A DNA stretch of 64,000 nucleotides from a virus (taxonomy: Duplodnaviria; Caudoviricetes), in IMG/VR virus record IMGVR_UViG_3300035208_001807, positions 64,001 through 128,000 of that record, one strand, 5' to 3'. Each line of letters opens with the position of its first letter. Position 1 is the first letter of the stretch. The notes under the pieces were generated by a model, which had not been told where the DNA came from, did no database searches, and saw only the letters and a list, made by a program, of their open reading frames with translations. A program made the translations under genes and the position numbers. Of the stretch, positions 14,549-23,879 are shown piece after piece.

Positions 14549-16081
14549 GTGTCTAAGTTCAATTCGACTAAGAAGCCTGCAGTCCAGCGCACTATCGTGA
14601 ACCTCGCTGGAGGTTCAGCCTACTCAGAAACGGATAAGCTTCACCTTGCCTCTATCCTTCTGACCTCGTTTATGGGCGACCAGTACTACAGCTCAGCGGA
14701 CGAGACTCGCAATCGTCTCATCGGTCTAATCCCTAAGGCTGGTCCTGAATTCGCAGCTAAGGCTGCTGTGTTTGCACGCCGCGAGTTCGGCCTTCGCTCT
14801 GTAACACACGTCGTCGCCGCTGAGATTGCCCGGCTTGTTAAGGGTGAGTCCTGGACTCGGGACTTCCTCCGCGCTGTAATCAGGCGTCCCGACGACATCC
14901 TTGAGATCCTCTCCTACTACATCGCCATCCACAAGAAACCCATCCCTAACTGCATGAAGAAGGGACTAGGTTCAGCTCTGTCCTCACTTAACGAGTACAG
15001 CCTCGCTAAGTACAAGTCAGGTGCCAAGGAGTTATCAATGGTGGATGCAGTGAATCTGCTCCATCCGAAGCACACTCCGGGTATCGAGAAGCTTATCAAG
15101 GGCACCCTGCCTGCTGCTGAGACTTGGGAAACCAAGTTGACTCAGGCTGGTCAGGCTGCTGAGACCGAGGATGATCTGGTTGGTCTAAAGGCTGATGCTT
15201 GGACCAAGCTGGTAACCGAAGGCAAGCTCAAGTACTTTGCCCTGCTACGCAACCTGCGTAACCTACGTGACAATGTCTCTCCGGAGACTTTGGACGTGGC
15301 CTTAGCCCAGCTACGTGTTGCGGAGAACATCAAGAAGTCTTTGGTGTTACCGTTCCGTTACATGACAGCACTGGCTCAGTTCTCCAAGGAGGACGAGCCC
15401 GAGAAGACTTCTGTGAACCAGAAGATCTCGAATGCCATCATGGATGCAGCTGAAATCGCCATGGATAACGTGCCCAAGTTCAAGGGACACACTGCTGTTG
15501 TGGTGGATGTCTCTGGCTCCATGGGTTGTAGTGGACGCGGTTGGGGTTCCACTCGTACCGAGTGGGGTGCCCCTATTGACAAGGCTGCTGTAATGGCAGC
15601 TGCTCTAGCCAAGGCTAGCGAAGAGGTTACAGTGATCCTCTTTGCCGACAATGCTCGGGTGCTTCCAATCACTCAGCGTGATTCACTGTTGTCGATCACG
15701 AAGAAGCTTCGTGATAACGGCGACGGCGGTGGCACTAATATGCCAGCAGTGTTCAATGTGTTGCCTGCTTGCGACAGGGTTGTAATCCTGTCAGATATGC
15801 AGACCTGGATGGATAATTCATTCAGTATATATAACCAGGCTACACGTACTGCAGCACAGGTCTTCAAGGAGTGGAAGAAGGCACATCCCGGTTCCAACCC
15901 GAAGTTCTTTACGTGGGATGTTCAGGGTTATGGTACTCTCCAGTTCCCTGAGAAGGATATCTACTGTCTCGCTGGCTTCAGCGACAGGCTGTTTGATATC
16001 TTCAAGATGCTGGAAGAGGATAAGGACGCCTTGATCCATCGGATCGAAGCAGTCTCTTTTACGGAGCCCATCAGCAAATAG
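14549..16081 (+). CDS. rsr: Ro60/TROVE-domain ribonucleoprotein with vWA domain
   Basis: NLAGG.AY, YSLAKY, TWET, ALLRNLRNL, LPFRY, vWA MIDAS DVSGSM, GGTN, LSDMQ, GFSD. Confidence 0.95.
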   Translation: MSKFNSTKKPAVQRTIVNLAGGSAYSETDKLHLASILLTSFMGDQYYSSADETRNRLIGLIPKAGPEFAAKAAVFARREFGLRSVTHVVAAEIARLVKGESWTRDFLRAVIRRPDDILEILSYYIAIHKKPIPNCMKKGLGSALSSLNEYSLAKYKSGAKELSMVDAVNLLHPKHTPGIEKLIKGTLPAAETWETKLTQAGQAAETEDDLVGLKADAWTKLVTEGKLKYFALLRNLRNLRDNVSPETLDVALAQLRVAENIKKSLVLPFRYMTALAQFSKEDEPEKTSVNQKISNAIMDAAEIAMDNVPKFKGHTAVVVDVSGSMGCSGRGWGSTRTEWGAPIDKAAVMAAALAKASEEVTVILFADNARVLPITQRDSLLSITKKLRDNGDGGGTNMPAVFNVLPACDRVVILSDMQTWMDNSFSIYNQATRTAAQVFKEWKKAHPGSNPKFFTWDVQGYGTLQFPEKDIYCLAGFSDRLFDIFKMLEEDKDALIHRIEAVSFTEPISK

Positions 16082-16097
16082 TAGGCTGATAGGACCA

Positions 16098-16137
16098 AGG
16101 GGTGGCCCCGCGTTAGGGGCTGCCCCTTTAATGTTTA
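16098..16137 (+). terminator. Rho-independent terminator after the Ro60 gene
   Basis: aaggggtggcccc/ggggctgcccctt stem followed by a T-rich tract. Confidence 0.75.
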
Positions 16138-16147
16138 AGGAGCTATC

Positions 16148-16414
16148 ATGCGTAAGTACCTGTTCATGTTAATCTTCTTCTTCCTATGGCATCCCGCTGG
16201 TCATATACTACTAAGCTTTGACTCTACAAAGTTTAGCTGGGACACTGATGGCACTCGGCAAGGAAGCAGTATTATTTATGTAACTCGTAATAACAAGACG
16301 AATATAGGACAAGAAGATCTGTACGCCCAGTTCGATACTGCTGGCGGATGGGTTCTCTTCTGCGAAGACAAGATGACCATCCCCTATCTTAATTCCCCTC
16401 TCGTTGTACGATAA
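16148..16414 (+). CDS. Small protein with hydrophobic N-terminus (paralog of 6061..6327)
   Basis: 88 aa, same flanking motifs as 6061. Confidence 0.75.
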   Translation: MRKYLFMLIFFFLWHPAGHILLSFDSTKFSWDTDGTRQGSSIIYVTRNNKTNIGQEDLYAQFDTAGGWVLFCEDKMTIPYLNSPLVVR

Positions 16415-16508
16415 AGATCTTGACAACCATATAGGGAATTTCCATACATAGGCATTTTTGGGGTTATCCCACTTGCCATATGCGTGGGTTTTTCTGTACA
16501 CTGAGGGC

Positions 16509-17825
16509 ATGATGCACACTCCTGGTTGTCTAGTATATATAAAAGACAAAGACATGCTGGTCTACCTGTGCCCGGCCTGTAAGCGTAAGGCTGCGTGGGG
16601 TGGAATTGCTGGCGATGAGAATGCTTTTATCCTGAGGCCGCAGCGATCCTCTATTATGTTTGGTAGACGGACGCGTAACATAGAGGCCCCTATTCCTTTG
16701 AGTCAACTAACTGCAGGCTTTGCTCCCCCATGTTCATGTGGTAAGCGTGATGATTCTACTCTTCCTGATGTCTACTATACTTCTGTTGAGAAAGTTACTG
16801 CCCATGTTCTAGTGACTCCTGGCATGCGTAGTGCTATGCCTGTCAGCGAGCATGCAGTATCTTCCCTTAGTATCACGGATGTTATTGAGATAAATCTGGA
16901 GAAGATGCAAGTTGATGCTAAGAGTAAGTCCTCTGGCATAACCTTTAAGGCTCTTCCGGATAGGCGCCCTGCTGTATACTTCTGGGCCAAGGGCAGTGAG
17001 AAGGACTTTGTTAGAGACATTACCTATAAGTTTAATGCTCATAGGACTACTGACTATGAGGGGTTATGCGCTGCGGTCTCTGGTAACTTAGTTCACAAAC
17101 ACATACATCTTGGTCCTATGCTTACTCCCTCGGGTATGGTGTATAAGTTTCATTACAGCGCTCTCTTTTATGCGCTATGTTTCCCATCTATGAAACTTCC
17201 TGATTTGATTGTTGCAATGCTAAGAGCTGAGTCGGCTCAAGACTTGCCTACTAAAGAGATGGCTGACAAGATCTTCACTGCGCGTGATCAGTTTGCTAGT
17301 TGTGCTGAGCTACCGGACGAAGAGCAGGCGGCTCATTTCCTTAGCATTCTTACTGGTTATAAGCTAGAAGGTTGTAAGGAGTTAGCTCTCGCACTCAAAG
17401 ACGCGAGGACGCTATCTCTATCCCATCTGGGTTCTCTATGTAAGTTCGTCCCCAATGCACCTAGTCTTACCAAGCTTGTTAAGAACCGTCTAACATCGGG
17501 TGACATCTTTAACAGTACACTTAACATCCTCTTTAACTCTAGACCCACTGCCAGGGAAGAGGCAGAGGCAACGATGCGCTTCTTTGCTAGCAAGTTTACT
17601 AGCGAAGAGTTCTCTCACTTCCTAATGGTGATGTTTGATAGTGCTAATATCTATAGCCTTATCCAACTAATCACAGCGGCTAGGAAGTCTAGTACCACTT
17701 GGGCAGCCCTAGAGGAGACAAAGCTAACTCCTCCTGATGTAAATAGAGGCCCCGTGAAGAACGATCCCTACATACGTAGCTTATGTAGTGAGATAGCTGG
17801 TATTGTAAAAGGCATTCAGATCTGA
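16509..17825 (+). CDS. Hypothetical protein
   Basis: Long ORF with CPAC and CSC motifs; GAGG RBS before ATG 16509. Confidence 0.75.
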   Translation: MMHTPGCLVYIKDKDMLVYLCPACKRKAAWGGIAGDENAFILRPQRSSIMFGRRTRNIEAPIPLSQLTAGFAPPCSCGKRDDSTLPDVYYTSVEKVTAHVLVTPGMRSAMPVSEHAVSSLSITDVIEINLEKMQVDAKSKSSGITFKALPDRRPAVYFWAKGSEKDFVRDITYKFNAHRTTDYEGLCAAVSGNLVHKHIHLGPMLTPSGMVYKFHYSALFYALCFPSMKLPDLIVAMLRAESAQDLPTKEMADKIFTARDQFASCAELPDEEQAAHFLSILTGYKLEGCKELALALKDARTLSLSHLGSLCKFVPNAPSLTKLVKNRLTSGDIFNSTLNILFNSRPTAREEAEATMRFFASKFTSEEFSHFLMVMFDSANIYSLIQLITAARKSSTTWAALEETKLTPPDVNRGPVKNDPYIRSLCSEIAGIVKGIQI

Positions 17826-17845
17826 TATCTAGATAAGGAGTTGTC

Positions 17846-18178
17846 ATGGTAATGTTTGGATTAGACATGTCGAGCTGGGCTCTTATCATCTGTGCCATCA
17901 TAGCTGTGCTAGCGATCGCTGGGGCTGGCGCAAGCGGTGCCGCTTGGAGGCGGGCCGACCAAGAGGGTTTAGCTAAGCCTGGTGTTTCGCAGTATGCCAA
18001 GTCAGCTGCTACCATGGGAGTTGGAGTCATGGCAATCCTAGGTGGCATCTTTGTCATCTTGCTCGTTGCCTCAGCAGTTTGGTCAATGATGTATGGGGTT
18101 GGTGTATTCCTCAGCATCATTGGTCTAGTCAGCTTCTTGTTCATTGTCTCAAGGATCTTCCTTGCAGGGAGAAAGTAA
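17846..18178 (+). CDS. Membrane protein with three TM helices
   Basis: Hydrophobic helices, AAGGAG RBS. Confidence 0.75.
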   Translation: MVMFGLDMSSWALIICAIIAVLAIAGAGASGAAWRRADQEGLAKPGVSQYAKSAATMGVGVMAILGGIFVILLVASAVWSMMYGVGVFLSIIGLVSFLFIVSRIFLAGRK

Positions 18179-18179
18179 C

Positions 18180-18614
18180 ATGGCAAAGACCATTCAGCCT
18201 ATCGAAGTTAAGCTTCCGATAACAGCAGGAGCTATCCCGACTGATGATGTTCGTAAGTTGATGAAGACTATCATCACGAACGAGATAGGCTCGGTCCTTG
18301 TTAAGTACGGTATCAAGGACTACAATATCCAACTTGCTTGGCCAGATACAGATGATGCTACACACATTGAAGTATGGTCCTCAACCATGGGTTATCTCAA
18401 ACGATTCCTTGGTTCTATCCTAGCCCGTGTAGGTCAGGCTAAGACAGTAGCCAAGGTGAATTTCGTGCGGGAAATCGTTGAGGTAATCGATAACCTAGGG
18501 TACTTTCAGACGTTGGTTACTGTTACCCAAACGCACATGGCAAAGCGTTCAATGAGTGCTGACGAGCGCAAGTTCCGTGATGAAGATGAGGATGAAGAGG
18601 GAGAGGGAGAATGA
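18180..18614 (+). CDS. Hypothetical protein with acidic tail
   Basis: GGGAG RBS; operon-like spacing. Confidence 0.7.
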   Translation: MAKTIQPIEVKLPITAGAIPTDDVRKLMKTIITNEIGSVLVKYGIKDYNIQLAWPDTDDATHIEVWSSTMGYLKRFLGSILARVGQAKTVAKVNFVREIVEVIDNLGYFQTLVTVTQTHMAKRSMSADERKFRDEDEDEEGEGE

Positions 18615-18853
18615 AGCTCTTCGAGAAGTGTAAGGAATCTGTAGATAGGATCACGAACAAGTTTAGTTCGTGGTTGGTGGGCCGTGTCATTAAGGACCTT
18701 GACCTTGATGATGCTTTACTCCTGGTGCATATCAAAGCACTGACAGCTAAGTACTTCCTGACATGGATCTTCTTGATTCCATGCATCCTTGTGTATCATC
18801 TGGAGTCTTACGTTCATGGCCTCATCCAGCGTTCCCAAAAGAAAGCCAAGTAA
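18611..18853 (+). CDS. Small membrane protein
   Basis: ATGA overlap, one TM segment. Confidence 0.6.
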   Translation: MKLFEKCKESVDRITNKFSSWLVGRVIKDLDLDDALLLVHIKALTAKYFLTWIFLIPCILVYHLESYVHGLIQRSQKKAK

Positions 18854-19163
18854 GTCCAAGTCAGAGTTTAGTTCTGGCAAACTTATTGGCCACCAGCTAC
18901 ACCTCTTTGGTAAGGAAGAGTCTGTTGTTCATGAAGTGCCAAGCGTAGCTCACTTATTTCATAACCGCCGGCTGGCTTGCAACGTCCCTGTTGAAACTCT
19001 TGCTAGTCATCTAGGGATAACAGCTACTGAGCTTAACAGCCTAGAGTCAGGTGCTCTAGTAGCTAACAAAACCTGGTGGGCTTCAGCTTTAGCTGCGCTT
19101 ATTAGCCTTGACAATGCATTAAGAGGTCAGAGTAATGGACATTCGGATACAGGAAACCACTAA
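18789..19163 (+). CDS. XRE-like HTH protein (start uncertain)
   Basis: RRLACNVPVETLASHLGITATELNSLESG. Confidence 0.65.
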   Translation: MCIIWSLTFMASSSVPKRKPSKSKSEFSSGKLIGHQLHLFGKEESVVHEVPSVAHLFHNRRLACNVPVETLASHLGITATELNSLESGALVANKTWWASALAALISLDNALRGQSNGHSDTGNH

Positions 19164-19374
19164 GCTTGTTGCTGAGATGCGTAAGCTATCCGGCTTAACT
19201 ACTATGCAGCTTGCTGCTAAGATGAAGTCCCATGTCAAGAAGGTTCATCGTCTTGAGCAGGGGCCCGTCCTGCCATCCCTTCGTCTACTAGATGAAGTTG
19301 CTGATGCATGTGGCTTCGAGATTCATCTGGTAGCTGTACATAAGGAAGACAAACGTGTCACACCTGTCAGCTAG
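19135..19374 (+). CDS. XRE-family HTH protein
   Basis: MRKLSGLTTMQLAAKM..VHRLEQG..PSLRLLDEVADACG. Confidence 0.85.
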   Translation: MDIRIQETTKLVAEMRKLSGLTTMQLAAKMKSHVKKVHRLEQGPVLPSLRLLDEVADACGFEIHLVAVHKEDKRVTPVS

Positions 19375-19705
19375 TGTCGATGAACTGATTCCGCTTCTCC
19401 ATGATCGTAATACCTCTATTATTCCAGTGAATGTTCTTTGGGAATATGATGAGGATGCATATTGGGAAGCAGAGGGTACAGTCTGGATCTTTATCTTTAG
19501 CGATGAGGGTGTCCCTTACCGAGTTCTTATCAATAAGAACATTGAGAAGCTTGTAGTTGGTTCTAGGGTAGCGGCCGAGGCAATAGCTAAGGCTATTCTC
19601 CGTAGCAATGCCGAGTGCGCTCACAAGACACGTGAGAAGTACACTGGTCCGGAGGGCGAGCATCGCCTATCCCGAGACATCTTAACTCTGGAACACCCGA
19701 GCTAA
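19355..19705 (+). CDS. Hypothetical protein
   Basis: 116 aa, in operon context. Confidence 0.6.
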   Translation: MSHLSASVDELIPLLHDRNTSIIPVNVLWEYDEDAYWEAEGTVWIFIFSDEGVPYRVLINKNIEKLVVGSRVAAEAIAKAILRSNAECAHKTREKYTGPEGEHRLSRDILTLEHPS

Positions 19706-19708
19706 CTA

Positions 19709-20827
19709 ATGAATCTTATCGGTCAGATCTATGGGAATATGGGTATTCCTAACCATACAAGGGACTTATTCTCTGAACTCTTAGTCCAAATCCCAGGATC
19801 AAAAGTTTATCCTACCCACTCAGGTGGCAACTTTGTCACCTCTGCTCCCTTAGCTGGTGCTATAACCGGTTGGCCAACAGATGGTACTAAACTTACAGGT
19901 GACACCTTCATATTCTGGACGCCTGATATCTATGCTCAGGTAATACAGAGACTAGATAGGTCTAAGTCCTTCGTAATTGGTTACCCTATCTTCGAATGGA
20001 CTAACCTTTCTCCAGAATGGATAGCTGGTCTTAAGCTTGTTGATTTGATTGCTGTCTCATCCAAGTGGGCACGCGCCGTTATCATTGCCCATGGCTTCTC
20101 GGAAGACAAGGTTGTGGTTTTACCAGCTGGTGTTAGTAATGGTTATCTTGGTATTCCTGCTGGCAAGGATGCCACCAAGAAGTTTCTCTTCGTTGCAAAG
20201 AATGAGGTGCGCAAGTCAGTCAAAGAAGTTTTGACTATCTGCGCAGAGGAGTTACCTAAGTATGGACAGCGTCTTACAGCTCTCATCTCCGATCCTCATG
20301 ACCCCAGCTTCAATGCTCGTGCTTTGCTTTCTAGCTATGGCATTAGCCAAGATGCGCCGATAGATCTAATCAGTCCGCCGATAGGTGTGGGCGGAATGGT
20401 TAATCTCTATGATGATCACGAGTTCCTGCTTATGCCGTCTAAGGCTGGTGGCACAGAGCTCCCTATTCTAGAGGCCATCGCTCGCGGTTGTACTCCTATC
20501 TATACAGAGTATAGTGGGATGACAGAGATACAGCTTCTTCCTGATGTTCTTAAGCAGTGGGCGCCGCACTGGTCCATCCCAGTGAAGAAGTTAGTACCTA
20601 TGCAAGATAACCGTTGGTTCAAACCCTACAGAGAATGGGGTGTGTGGGCTGAGCCAGATTGGGATGCCTTTAGAGCTAGGTTAAAAGAGGCTAGCGAAGA
20701 GGACATGAGAGAGCAGCAGTGTCAGGACCGTGCTTTCATACGCTTCCATGCTAAACAATTCGCCTATCCTAGAATTGTTGGGAAGTTTATTGAGGTACTG
20801 AATGACTCCCGAACTTCCAAAGGATAG
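19709..20827 (+). CDS. GT-B fold glycosyltransferase (GT4-like)
   Basis: FEWT, VSSKW, RKS, LMPSKAGGTELPILEAIARG. Confidence 0.85.
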   Translation: MNLIGQIYGNMGIPNHTRDLFSELLVQIPGSKVYPTHSGGNFVTSAPLAGAITGWPTDGTKLTGDTFIFWTPDIYAQVIQRLDRSKSFVIGYPIFEWTNLSPEWIAGLKLVDLIAVSSKWARAVIIAHGFSEDKVVVLPAGVSNGYLGIPAGKDATKKFLFVAKNEVRKSVKEVLTICAEELPKYGQRLTALISDPHDPSFNARALLSSYGISQDAPIDLISPPIGVGGMVNLYDDHEFLLMPSKAGGTELPILEAIARGCTPIYTEYSGMTEIQLLPDVLKQWAPHWSIPVKKLVPMQDNRWFKPYREWGVWAEPDWDAFRARLKEASEEDMREQQCQDRAFIRFHAKQFAYPRIVGKFIEVLNDSRTSKG

Positions 20828-21194
20828 AAGTATTAAGCCACCCTATCTTCTTGGTGGATCCAAGGAGTTTATAGGTCTTTACTTTGCCATTTGGGCATTG
20901 AAGCGTAAGATGGATAATCTAATTAAGAATGCATTGGATGATAGCTCCGATGCTAGGGCATTAAAGTTGATCTTGTTGTACCATCAGGCTCGGAGGGTTG
21001 CCGATGTATCCCATCGTTTTGTTGAACGTTACTCCACGACCTATGAGATTGGAGATCTCGCCAAGGCTTACGACTGTGGAGAAGAAGGAACTGGAAACCT
21101 CTCAGCTAGAGGACACATTGCAGAAGCACAACGACCAACAGATCCAACAGTACCTAAGGTACAAGAGGAACTGGGCGACGATGGTAAGGGATAG
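20802..21194 (+). CDS. Hypothetical protein
   Basis: 130 aa, GAGG RBS. Confidence 0.55.
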   Translation: MTPELPKDRSIKPPYLLGGSKEFIGLYFAIWALKRKMDNLIKNALDDSSDARALKLILLYHQARRVADVSHRFVERYSTTYEIGDLAKAYDCGEEGTGNLSARGHIAEAQRPTDPTVPKVQEELGDDGKG

Positions 21195-21280
21195 CGACTT
21201 CATTGGTCAAGTAGTTGACCTAAAGGTATAGACATGAAGATTAATAAACAACTACAGTCCTCGATCCAAAGGAGTTTGTA

Positions 21281-22108
21281 ATGCCGCCTGCAAATGTTCC
21301 AGTAGGGATGCCCGACTTCTCTGCTACGATTGATCCTGTTATTCGCTGTCTACAGACGAATGCCAAGATCTTGCGTCGTGGAGATCCAACTCAGGCTGGT
21401 ATTAGCCCCAGGGTTCAGGCTGTAACCGCTGCTCTCTCAGCATTGTTTACTGCCGGTGCTTTAGCTAGCCAGGACCGCTCGAACTGGACTGCTTTGTTCT
21501 CAGCAGTTATCGGCGAAGATATCCCACGTATTACCACAGCCCTTGTACGCGTCGGGCAGATAGTAGTTCCCACTAGTAACCCTAATGGTCATAACTATGC
21601 GACGAACACTCCTTGTCTTATTGCGACAGTGAATTCAGATGGGCATGCTTATGCGATTAAGACTGATGGTTCGACCGGGAACCAGTTGCCAATGGGCCGA
21701 GGGTATAACACAGCGAACTGGGTAACTAGTGTTACAGATACAGCCATCGACATGTACTTTGCATCTTTGAGAGCTACTCTTCTAGCTAACCCGCTACTAG
21801 TATCTGGGCTGGCTACGATACTCTCATCTATTCCCCCTAATGTTCTTGAGCAGATCAATGCCGTTAACTCTGGCAGGACCACCATTGATGCTCTGAATGT
21901 TATCGCGGTGCCTGGATCAGTGGCAGCAGGTGGAACTACTTACCGTAGGGTTCAGTCTAGGCGCCGCCGGACTGCATATAACCCTCAGACTTACCCTCCG
22001 CTTCCTATGCCTCCTCCAATAGTGCTGCCTATAACTCCTCCTGAGCCTAGTGGAACACCCGCTCCGCCTCCGCCTGGGAGCAGTAGTCTTTCGAGACTGG
22101 TGGATTAA
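21281..22108 (+). CDS. Hypothetical protein with Pro-rich tail
   Basis: AAGGAG RBS; ends in LSRLVD. Confidence 0.8.
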   Translation: MPPANVPVGMPDFSATIDPVIRCLQTNAKILRRGDPTQAGISPRVQAVTAALSALFTAGALASQDRSNWTALFSAVIGEDIPRITTALVRVGQIVVPTSNPNGHNYATNTPCLIATVNSDGHAYAIKTDGSTGNQLPMGRGYNTANWVTSVTDTAIDMYFASLRATLLANPLLVSGLATILSSIPPNVLEQINAVNSGRTTIDALNVIAVPGSVAAGGTTYRRVQSRRRRTAYNPQTYPPLPMPPPIVLPITPPEPSGTPAPPPPGSSSLSRLVD

Positions 22109-22109
22109 A

Positions 22110-22895
22110 ATGCCTCCTACTAATAGCTTTTTAGGTAGTCTTCTCCCTCAGATTTATACTTACTCAAGGTATATCTCTGCCAAGTATGGCTTCCATGGGG
22201 CGGGCCCCACTAATATGGATCCATTAGATCCTCTTATTAGTCGACTTGTATCTTTCGAGCAAGATATCGATACCGATGAGGTCGAGGATCTGATACGAGA
22301 GATTAGTCGGGCTATGCCGCGAGACACTGGCAGTGGGTTGCTAGCTCGCTTTAGGAGTGCCTCTCGCTCATCTAATAGTCCTATTTATTCTTCAGCTGTA
22401 GTTGCTATCTACAAGTTAGGATCAGTTGTTGTTCCTGTGAATGGTAATTCTAATGACCATCACTATGCGATGGGAACTCCAGTACTAGTTTGTAGTTGTG
22501 ATGAAAGAGATGAAGAGGAGGGTGGCGAGTTTCAGGCTATGCGTCCTAATTTATCTATAGGGGATGACTTACCAGATTCTGATGATGCACGTGGTACTAT
22601 AAGGCTAGCAACATCAAGTGAGATTGCTCAGTTCTATACGTCAATGGTGCGTCAGGCCCTACCGCTTTTAGGGGCAAAGCGGGTTCGCTTTATGTGTAGT
22701 CTATCTGACATTATGGCTCAGTATACTATGCATGCCCACCAAATTGATATGGATGTATGGGAGACTGTGCAAGCAGAGGTAGCTCGTGAGATCCCTGTTA
22801 TTATGAGCGGGCTGTTAGAGATAAAGACTACTGTTGCTAAGGTGGTTAAGTCTACTGTTAAGAAGCCGCGGTCAAGGCTAGGAGAAATCGTTTGA
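22110..22895 (+). CDS. Hypothetical protein sharing a domain with the upstream ORF
   Basis: VVPVNGNSNDHHYAMGTPVLV versus VVPTSNPNGHNYATNTPCLI. Confidence 0.75.
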   Translation: MPPTNSFLGSLLPQIYTYSRYISAKYGFHGAGPTNMDPLDPLISRLVSFEQDIDTDEVEDLIREISRAMPRDTGSGLLARFRSASRSSNSPIYSSAVVAIYKLGSVVVPVNGNSNDHHYAMGTPVLVCSCDERDEEEGGEFQAMRPNLSIGDDLPDSDDARGTIRLATSSEIAQFYTSMVRQALPLLGAKRVRFMCSLSDIMAQYTMHAHQIDMDVWETVQAEVAREIPVIMSGLLEIKTTVAKVVKSTVKKPRSRLGEIV

Positions 22896-23548
22896 GCAGG
22901 CTATCTGATGTTAAGGAGTCCTGGATTGGATGCCAGAAGTGTGGGCTTCATGTAAGCCGCACACGGGTGGTGTTCTCTGATGGTCCCGAGACTGCTGACA
23001 TTATGATAGTAGGCGAGGGGCCAGGTGCTACAGAGGATGCTAAGGGCATTCCCTTCTGTGGAGTATCAGGCGAGTTGTTCAATGAGATTCTTAGGTGTGC
23101 TGGTATCAGCCGCCAAGAATGCTATTGGACTAATGCTATTCGCTGTCATCCATATGGTAACCGGGCGCCTCTACAACCGGAGCTAGATGCCTGCCGTCCT
23201 CTTTTGCTTGCTGAGATTGAGATCATCAAACCTAAGGTAATTATTATGGCTGGGCAGACAGCTGCTCGCACCCTTATGGGCACTACATCTTCGATGGGTA
23301 GTATCGCTGGGAAGTTTACCAACATTAATGGCATTCCTGCCATTGCAATCTACCATCCAGCTGCTATACTACGTAATAAGGACCTGAATCCTGATAGATA
23401 TATGGAGTATAAGAAGTCTGTGTGGGCTAGCATCAAGGCCGTAAAGAAGTATATTGATGAAGTAAGAGCCGGCAAGCAGCCGGAAGTTAAGGCAGAAGTA
23501 GTAGGCAAGCAGAAGCCAGCAGTAGACTCTCAGATGTCTCTGCTATAG
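22892..23548 (+). CDS. Uracil-DNA glycosylase family 4 (Fe-S)
   Basis: CQKCGL, GEGPG, PFCG.SG, TNAIRCHP..NRAP, YHPAA. Confidence 0.93.
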   Translation: MSRLSDVKESWIGCQKCGLHVSRTRVVFSDGPETADIMIVGEGPGATEDAKGIPFCGVSGELFNEILRCAGISRQECYWTNAIRCHPYGNRAPLQPELDACRPLLLAEIEIIKPKVIIMAGQTAARTLMGTTSSMGSIAGKFTNINGIPAIAIYHPAAILRNKDLNPDRYMEYKKSVWASIKAVKKYIDEVRAGKQPEVKAEVVGKQKPAVDSQMSLL

Positions 23549-23615
23549 GCAAGACGAGATGTCCGTGGTATTCCCATGGATGCTCTAGCTAGCTAGTAAA
23601 TCTGGAGGTAGGATC

Positions 23616-23801
23616 ATGGACGGCTTACGCACAGTGATCGTCGATGGCGAGAACTACAACCTTCCCGACGGTATGTCGGAGACGGAAGTAGTCAGCGCTC
23701 TGTCGGTCAATCGTCCTGAGTACGCAAATGGATCCATTCGAGTGGATGAAACCACTCAGGCATGGCATCTTGAGCGTGGCTCAGGTCACAAGGGCGAATA
23801 A
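23616..23801 (+). CDS. Prokaryotic ubiquitin-like protein (PRTRC protein C-like)
   Basis: 61 aa, PEYANG motif, C-terminal GHKG-E; upstream of E2/JAB/E1 genes. Confidence 0.8.
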   Translation: MDGLRTVIVDGENYNLPDGMSETEVVSALSVNRPEYANGSIRVDETTQAWHLERGSGHKGE

Positions 23802-23827
23802 CTTTCGCCTATATGTTTGTGTCTTTC

Positions 23828-23868
23828 GGGGATCCTGTAAGTATACTACGGGGTCCCCTTTCTATTTT
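23828..23868 (+). terminator. Terminator after the Ubl gene
   Basis: ggggatcc/gggtcccc stem then tttctatttt. Confidence 0.7.
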
Positions 23869-23879
23869 AGGAGATACCT

